A stretch of 21,560 nucleotides of DNA from contig JBHJGN010000080.1 in the NCBI GenBank assembly GCA_050331735.1, forward strand, positions 1 to 21,560. Reading direction: 5' to 3'. A model generated the notes under the pieces. That model was not told where the DNA came from. It saw only the letters and a program-made list of their open reading frames with translations, and made no database searches. The position numbers and the translations under genes are program-made. This DNA is from Cyanophyceae cyanobacterium (GTDB lineage: Bacteria; Cyanobacteriota; Cyanobacteriia; Cyanobacteriales; JBHJGN01). Positions 16,108 through 21,560 of the stretch are shown piece by piece (position 1 is the stretch's first letter; the number at the start of each line of letters is the position of its first letter).

Positions 16108-17049
16108 CTAAGCAACAGCAATCCCGTTTCCGATCAACTGCGCTGTCCAAATCTCTAGATCCGGATCGGGAATTGATGCTCTTAATTGCTGCTGAATTTG
16201 TTGTGCCTCTGCTCGAGTTTCGCAGAGGGAAAACACCGTTGGACCAGAACCAGACATAACTGTACCTAGCCCGCCGAGGCTTTGGAGGGTTTCTCGCAGG
16301 TGCGCCACTTGTGGAAAGGCGGATAAAACGACTCTTTCAAGGTCGTTATAGAGAAGCTGCCCGATTAACTCGCCGTTTTTCTTAATCACGGCCTTTACCA
16401 GTGGACCCGAGTGGACTTGGGCAGAACGAGACAAAATCGCGTCTGGGTCTCGAACGTAGGATTCGCTGAACTGTTGCTTGTAGCGTTGGTAAGCCCAGGC
16501 TGCGGCAATACTTAAGCTCCGGTACTTAGCCAACACAATAGCCAAGTTATTCAAATCGGGAATCGGATCGAGCTTCTCTCCTCGTCCGGTCGCAATCGCC
16601 GTGCCGCCAGACACGCAAAAAGGCACGTCTGAGCCAACTCTCGCCGCGAGAATCTGTAATTCTGGCTGAGTGAGTCCCAGTTGCCACATTAAGTTAATGC
16701 CGACTAAAACGGCTGCCGCATCACAGGAGCCTCCGGCTAACCCGGCAGCAACCGGAATATTTTTTTCAATCGTAATATCGATGCCGCCGTAGTTAGCGTA
16801 GGTTTCGGGATAGGACTCGAACATCACCTGGGCGGCTTGATAGGCTGAGTTTGTTTGATCCAGAGGCACTTGCGGATCTTGACAGTAGATCCGCACGGCA
16901 TCAGTTCCGTTTGGATGCAAATCTATGCGATCGCACAGGTCGATACTTTGCAGCAGCATCACGAGTTCGTGGAATCCGTCTGGGCGGTCGCCAAGGATTT
17001 CTAGATAGAGATTAATTTTGGCTGGGGCAAGCAGAGAGTAGGAACGCAT
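16108..17049 (-). CDS. ispE: 4-diphosphocytidyl-2-C-methyl-D-erythritol kinase
   Basis: APAKINLYL, GHMP motif IPVAAGLAGGS, GSDVPF and MSGSGPT. Confidence 0.97.
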   Translation of the reverse strand: MRSYSLLAPAKINLYLEILGDRPDGFHELVMLLQSIDLCDRIDLHPNGTDAVRIYCQDPQVPLDQTNSAYQAAQVMFESYPETYANYGGIDITIEKNIPVAAGLAGGSCDAAAVLVGINLMWQLGLTQPELQILAARVGSDVPFCVSGGTAIATGRGEKLDPIPDLNNLAIVLAKYRSLSIAAAWAYQRYKQQFSESYVRDPDAILSRSAQVHSGPLVKAVIKKNGELIGQLLYNDLERVVLSAFPQVAHLRETLQSLGGLGTVMSGSGPTVFSLCETRAEAQQIQQQLRASIPDPDLEIWTAQLIGNGIAVA

Positions 17050-17070
17050 TTGAGCCTTGGTAGCCTGTTA

Positions 17071-17871
17071 TCATTCGCGAGATAGCTGATTACTCAGAGC
17101 AATCCAGTTGTGAACGCTGAGGTTTTCGGCGCGGGCTTGGGGATTTATTTCTAATTGTTCCAGTAATTGGCTCAGGCGATCGCTCTCTACCTCCCCTTTT
17201 AAATTATTTCGTAACATTTTACGTCGATTAGCAAAACCCAACTTTACTAAAGTGCCTAAGTAGCCAGCATTGCTCGCGGGGTTTTCTTGAGGACGCGGAC
17301 GCAGCCGGACCACGGCAGAATCGACTTTTGGAGGTGGCTGAAAGGCTTTACTCGATACATCACAAATCAATTCGCAGGCGGCTAGATACTGAATTTTGAC
17401 CGACAAAGCCCCGTAAGCTTTCGTTCCTGGTGGGGCCACAAGGCGCTGAGCCACTTCTTTTTGTACCAGCAGGACAATTAACTCGTAAGTTTCTCGCGGA
17501 TGAGCGATCGTGCCGAGGAGCTTTTCTAAAATTGGTCCAGTGATATTGTAGGGAATATTAGCAACAACTTTATTGGGATGAGAGGTAACTAGAGAGTTCA
17601 GGTCGAGAGAGAGAATATCTCCCTGGAGCAGCAAAAAATTTTCGGCCTCTCCAAAACTGCTGACGAGGCGCTGACATAAATCCCGGTCGATCTCTACCGC
17701 TACAACAGACTCCACTTCCGGCAGCAGGCGGCGGGTGAGAACTCCCGTCCCGGGACCGATTTCTAGGAGGCGATCGCTCTGTGTTAGCTGAGCTGCCGCC
17801 ACAATTTTTTCTAAGGCTTTCTCGCTGCGGAGCCAATGTTGAGCAAAGCGCTTACGGGGTTGAGGAGCCAT
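17071..17871 (-). CDS. rsmA: 16S rRNA m6,2A1518/1519 dimethyltransferase (KsgA)
   Basis: KRFAQHWL, LEIGPGTG, VANIPYNIT, FQPPPKVDSAVV and RRKMLRNNL. Confidence 0.97.
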   Translation of the reverse strand: MAPQPRKRFAQHWLRSEKALEKIVAAAQLTQSDRLLEIGPGTGVLTRRLLPEVESVVAVEIDRDLCQRLVSSFGEAENFLLLQGDILSLDLNSLVTSHPNKVVANIPYNITGPILEKLLGTIAHPRETYELIVLLVQKEVAQRLVAPPGTKAYGALSVKIQYLAACELICDVSSKAFQPPPKVDSAVVRLRPRPQENPASNAGYLGTLVKLGFANRRKMLRNNLKGEVESDRLSQLLEQLEINPQARAENLSVHNWIALSNQLSRE

Positions 17872-17887
17872 ACAGACTTAAGAAATC

Positions 17888-17938
17888 ATGAGCGGATAGA
17901 ATCATAAGCGTATAGAGAAAAAATATATGAGCGTATAG
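17888..17938 (+). repeat. Three imperfect 12-bp direct repeats (ATRAGCGKATAG) in the rsmA/mazE divergent gap
   Basis: ATGAGCGGATAG 17888, ATAAGCGTATAG 17904, ATGAGCGTATAG 17927. Confidence 0.7.
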
Positions 17939-18017
17939 GAAAAGGCATAAGATGACTGCCCGTACGCCCACAGGAACTCTCAAACAATCTCAGCAATACA
18001 TTTTCAAGTTAGTAGCC

Positions 18018-18254
18018 ATGTCTATTATCAGCCAATGGGGAGATAGTCTTGCTGTTCGCATTCCAAAGCACATTGCTGAGCAAGCTGGTTTGCAAGAAGG
18101 CTCTAGTGTCTCTATTAATGTAGAGCAAGGAGGTATAGTAATCAGCTCTCAGAGGAAAAAGTATACTTTGGATGAACTTTTAGAAAGAGTTGATCCAGGA
18201 GATTTTGGTGGTGAAGTAGATTGGGGAGCTGCTGTTGGCGAAGAAGTTTGGTAA
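18018..18254 (+). CDS. mazE: AbrB/MazE/SpoVT-family antitoxin
   Basis: QWGDSLAVRIPK, YTLDELL and C-terminal EVDWGAAVGEEVW. Start set at ATG 18018. Confidence 0.92.
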   Translation: MSIISQWGDSLAVRIPKHIAEQAGLQEGSSVSINVEQGGIVISSQRKKYTLDELLERVDPGDFGGEVDWGAAVGEEVW

Positions 18255-18585
18255 TTCTGAGTATATTCCCAAGCGCGGCGACATAGTGTGGATTAATTTT
18301 AATCCTGTACGTGGACACGAACCAGCGGGCCATCGTCCCGCTTTCATCGTATCACCCGCTCCCTTCAATAAAACATCTTCTCTTGCTTTTGTTTGTCCTA
18401 TTACTAGCAAAATCAAGGGATTTTCTTTTGAAGTAGTAATTGCCGGAGAAAAAATTCAAGGAGCCGTATTAGTTCATCACTTAAAGAGCATAGATTGGAG
18501 AGCGAGAACAGTTAAATTTGTCGAAAGAGCGCCAGAAATAGTCATTGAAGAAGTTTTAGCGAAGTTAGAAACGTTAGTTTTATGA
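18235..18585 (+). CDS. mazF: PemK/MazF-family endoribonuclease toxin
   Basis: YIPKRGDIVWINFNP..GHEPAGHRPA, CPITSK, KSIDWRAR. It overlaps the mazE end, and its TTG start has GGGGAG 6 nt upstream. Confidence 0.92.
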   Translation: MAKKFGNSEYIPKRGDIVWINFNPVRGHEPAGHRPAFIVSPAPFNKTSSLAFVCPITSKIKGFSFEVVIAGEKIQGAVLVHHLKSIDWRARTVKFVERAPEIVIEEVLAKLETLVL

Positions 18586-18736
18586 AAACCTAATTTTATT
18601 ACTTAAAATAAGAAACCAACAGGAGATCAATTTCGATTTTTAGCGTGCTAACTGCAGCCCCCGAAGCCAAACTTTTTCGGTAGCGACCGCCGAGAAACAA
18701 CTGGCGAGAGTGAACGTTTAGGTACTATGCGATCAG

Positions 18737-18762
18737 AAAAAAAGGAGCGGCTAAGCGCTCCT
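18737..18762 (-). terminator. Intrinsic terminator of sir
   Basis: Stem AGGAGCG-GCTAAG-CGCTCCT with an A-run at 18737-42 (a U-tract on the minus strand), about 20 bp after the sir stop. Confidence 0.75.
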
Positions 18763-18782
18763 AAAACTGCCACAAATAGTTC

Positions 18783-20744
18783 TTACTGCTTCTCAAAGTA
18801 GGCGTTAAGCACTTCTGCTACAATCTCGCTCATTGGCTTACCCTGTTGTTCGGAAGCTTGCTTGAGCCGCGCATGCAGATCGTGTTCTACGCTAATCCGG
18901 GGGCGATGTTTGCGAGCGGTGACAGAAGGCTGTGGCTTAATCACTTCGCTAGCGAAGCCCTGATCGGACTGGGGGCTGAACGGTGGAGACTCGTAGGCAA
19001 CGGTAAAGTCGCGAATGGCTTCAAAACCAACGCGATTGCAAAAATCCCCAAAACTCTCACCGTCTGCTTTCTCCTGCTTAAAGAAAGCAAAAATTGGCTC
19101 CAGAAAGCTTTCGAGCTCCTCTAAAGGCATGCGGTCGGTGTAGGCTTGCGCTAAGCGAGTTTGGTTGGGCGATCCCCCCAGCCAGATTTGGTAGGTGTTG
19201 GGCGCACTGCCCACAAAGCCTAGCTCGGCCATATAGGGTCTAGCACACCCATTGGGGCATCCGGTCATGCGAACGACAAAGTGCTCTTGCTCTAACTCAA
19301 GGCGATTCAACAGAGCGCGAATTCGCTCAATGACGCCGGGGGCAGCTCGTTCTGATTCGGTAATCGCTAAGCCACAGGTGGGTAAAGCCGGACAGGCAAT
19401 CGAGTAGCGGACGAGGGGATCGCTTGCCTCTGGAGAGGTCACAACACCGTACCTCTCCAAAATTTGCTGAATCTTAGACTGCTGAGATGGCTCAATTTCG
19501 TAAAGGATAATATTGTGGTTGGCAGTGAGGCGCATCGGCAGCGAAAACTGCTTCACGATTTCCCGCAGGGCGGTTTTAAGCTGGAAGCTGTCTTCATCCT
19601 TAACGCGTCCATTTTCGACAGAGATGCCCACAAAGAGCTTGCCGTCGCCCTGTTCATTCCATCCTAAAAAGTCATCGTATTTCCATTCAGGCAGCGGCTT
19701 AAACGGCTGTAGCGGCTTTCCAAAGTATCCGGCTACGGTTTCCCGAAATTTGTCTACGCCCCAGTCGTGAATCAGATACTTCATTCTGGCGTGACGACGG
19801 TTGAAGCGATCGCCATAGTCTCGCTGAGTGGCAACAATCGCTTTAATCAGGTCGTATACATCTTCCCGAGCTACATAGCAAATCTCGTCTGCCTGCCGAG
19901 CAAATGTTTCTTCTTTGTTGTGAGTGCGACCTAATCCGCCACCAGCAAACACATTAAATCCTGCTAATTCCCCGGCCTCGTTGAGCATCACCACCAAGCT
20001 CAGATCCTGCGTGTAGAGGTCGATGGAGTTGTCTCCCGGCACCGTAACCGCACACTTAAATTTCCGCGGCATGTAGTGTTCCCCATAGATGGGCTCTTCC
20101 CCGCTGTGAAAAATGGTGCCGTTCCCGTTGCGCTGTCTTGCCGCCTTCACGTCCGGGTCTTCTTCAGCACTAATGGCCTTTTCCCCGTCTAGCCAAATTT
20201 CGTAGTAGGCTCCGGTTTGCGGGGTGAGCAGGTCGGCTACTGTGCTGGCGTATTCCCAGGCTAGTTGATAGTCGCGACGGTTCTTAAACGGAGCCGGCGG
20301 AGCCATGACATTACGATTAAGGTCGCCGCAGGCTCCTAAAGTAGACCCCAGATTTTGAATAATGGCGGCAATGCTGGCTTTGAGATTCTTCTTCAAAATC
20401 CCGTGCATCTGAAAACCCTGGCGAGTGGTCACTCGCAGGGTGTGATTGCCGTATTCTTCAGAGAGACGATCTAGGGTGAGATAGAGCTGGGGCGGCACAA
20501 ATCCTCCGGGGTTCCGCGTCCGTAGCATGAACTGGTAGTCTTTTTCCTGACCTTTAACCCGGTTATCTCGGTTGTCCTGCTGGTAGGAGCCGTGAAATTT
20601 TAAAACCTGCACGGCATCCCCACTGAAGTGGGTAGTATCCTCGGCTAGCTCAGCAATCAGTGGGTCTCGCAGGTAGTTACTACGTTCTTTAATGCCCTCT
20701 AGTTTGGATACTTTTTGAGAAGGTGGAGTCGGAGTCTTGACCAT
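18783..20744 (-). CDS. sir: Ferredoxin-dependent sulfite reductase
   Basis: [20 protein letters not shown], siroheme/4Fe-4S ligands [10 protein letters not shown] and [10 protein letters not shown]. Confidence 0.96.
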   Translation of the reverse strand: MVKTPTPPSQKVSKLEGIKERSNYLRDPLIAELAEDTTHFSGDAVQVLKFHGSYQQDNRDNRVKGQEKDYQFMLRTRNPGGFVPPQLYLTLDRLSEEYGNHTLRVTTRQGFQMHGILKKNLKASIAAIIQNLGSTLGACGDLNRNVMAPPAPFKNRRDYQLAWEYASTVADLLTPQTGAYYEIWLDGEKAISAEEDPDVKAARQRNGNGTIFHSGEEPIYGEHYMPRKFKCAVTVPGDNSIDLYTQDLSLVVMLNEAGELAGFNVFAGGGLGRTHNKEETFARQADEICYVAREDVYDLIKAIVATQRDYGDRFNRRHARMKYLIHDWGVDKFRETVAGYFGKPLQPFKPLPEWKYDDFLGWNEQGDGKLFVGISVENGRVKDEDSFQLKTALREIVKQFSLPMRLTANHNIILYEIEPSQQSKIQQILERYGVVTSPEASDPLVRYSIACPALPTCGLAITESERAAPGVIERIRALLNRLELEQEHFVVRMTGCPNGCARPYMAELGFVGSAPNTYQIWLGGSPNQTRLAQAYTDRMPLEELESFLEPIFAFFKQEKADGESFGDFCNRVGFEAIRDFTVAYESPPFSPQSDQGFASEVIKPQPSVTARKHRPRISVEHDLHARLKQASEQQGKPMSEIVAEVLNAYFEKQ

Positions 20745-21256
20745 TGCTTTATCGAGATCGCAGGTGATGAATTGTACGGTAAATCTGGCGGAATTGTGGT
20801 GTTTACATCCCTACGATCTTAACGTTATTGCTTCCAATAGCGGTTTGAAAGTTTGTGATTTATTAAGAATTAAGACGGGCAGTCATGCTGACTCCCTATC
20901 CAACAAACATTTTTCCTGCCCAACTCTTTGCCGTGGAAAACAGGGAGAAGGCAATTCCCCCCTTGTAACTGAGCAATTTTTGTAGCAGCGGGAACCTTTA
21001 TCAGAGGTTAGTCAGTCATAGCTACCAACCAGCGCTCCTTCATCAGTTGCTCAACTGAGAATGGTTGTTTTGGGTCTCGAAAGCTACGCAGCTAAACCGC
21101 GATCGCCATTAGATACACCTTTAAAGCCGACACCTTATTTTTTGGCTAATTAGCCAAGCACCAATTCCCTGTGGTTTTAACCAAATCTTAACTTTCAATA
21201 GATTACGATTATCCAACCTAATTTTAGTATGCCCGTTCTTTGCAAGGAGATATCAC

Positions 21257-21560
21257 ATGACTACTAAATTTTGGACGAATTCTTTTGTCAAATTCGTTTT
21301 GTCGGCCAGTACCGTTGCTTCACTGTGTTTTGCAGCCTCAATCAGCATTGCTCAAACATCTGACCCGACACCCCCCGACAGTACCGAACTTCCAGCAGAT
21401 AGCGACGACGCAGTAGAAGAAGTGACCGAAGAGGGAATGGAGCCAGAAACCACTGAAGAGGGCATGGACATGGAGCCAGAAGCCACTGATGCGGGAATGG
21501 AGTTGATGGCTGTAGCCACGGAAGCGGCGATGGACGAGAGGGCAGAGTATACTGAAGAGG
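21257..21560 (+). CDS. Secreted/periplasmic protein, N-terminal part (signal peptide plus acidic repeat region), truncated by the window end
   Basis: AAGGAG before ATG 21257. It reads MTTKFWTNSFVKFVLSASTVASLCFAASISIA|QTSDPTPPDSTELPADSDDAVEEVTEEGMEPETTEEGMDMEPEATDAGME... and is open to the end. Absent from the ORF track because it has no stop. Confidence 0.8.
   Translation, partial: MTTKFWTNSFVKFVLSASTVASLCFAASISIAQTSDPTPPDSTELPADSDDAVEEVTEEGMEPETTEEGMDMEPEATDAGMELMAVATEAAMDERAEYTEE

Larger units (their letters stand above)
1925..21106. repeat. HIP1 octamer GCGATCGC, dispersed (at least 16 copies)
   Basis: Seen at 1925, 3679, 6870, 6929, 8487, 8691, 8947, 9952, 10655, 12427, 15927, 16927, 17176, 17770, 19806 and 21099. 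Fewer than one copy is expected by chance in 21.5 kb. Confidence 0.92.

Noticed and set aside
17071..18585. Functional link between MazF (RNase) and RsmA (16S rRNA 3'-end methylase)
   Set aside because: Only adjacency supports it. The genes are divergent and the TA pair looks like an independent AT-rich insertion.
580..19770. Shadow ORFs in the track (e.g. 580..885, 1870..2103, 3387..3701, 3460..3705, 5497..5796, 7075..7503, 8321..8650, 13984..14343, 15139..15429, 17570..17836, 18846..19124, 19513..19770)
   Set aside because: They are antisense or out-of-frame overlaps of well-supported genes or repeat tracts, with no recognisable motifs.
17952..20886. 12-bp inverted match ATGACTGCCCGT (17952) / ACGGGCAGTCAT (20875) flanking mazEF-sir
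   Set aside because: Several 12-mer matches are expected by chance in a window this size, and there is no transposase or target duplication.
20737..20985. 82-aa ORF or riboswitch upstream of sir
   Set aside because: No SD, coding signature or recognisable riboswitch consensus. Most likely promoter/UTR sequence.

Overview
Cyanobacterial chromosomal window: at least 16 copies of the HIP1 octamer GCGATCGC, plus cyanobacterial-type crtO, ferredoxin sulfite reductase and a LabA-like NYN gene. It is mostly core/housekeeping: leuA, NYN protein, rhodanese, an RsbW/receiver-PP2C/STAS partner-switching trio, crtO plus a saccharopine-dehydrogenase-like oxidoreductase, GNAT, cysteine hydrolase plus cupin, tadA, grxC, ispE, rsmA, a mazEF toxin-antitoxin pair and sir. 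The left edge is accessory: the left end and first codons of an IS200/IS605 tnpB element, a DNA methyltransferase remnant, and an orphan lasso-peptide B2 protease directly behind leuA. The best leads are: (i) crtO followed by a member of the family that includes the plant 4-hydroxy-beta-ring carotenoid dehydrogenase HBFD, a possible two-gene ketocarotenoid module; (ii) small hairpin repeats that appear to have entered coding sequences in frame (GNAT insert, tadA C-terminus); (iii) an RHH-like tail on sulfite reductase; (iv) the orphan lasso B2. All family calls come from motif recognition by eye; no searches were run.
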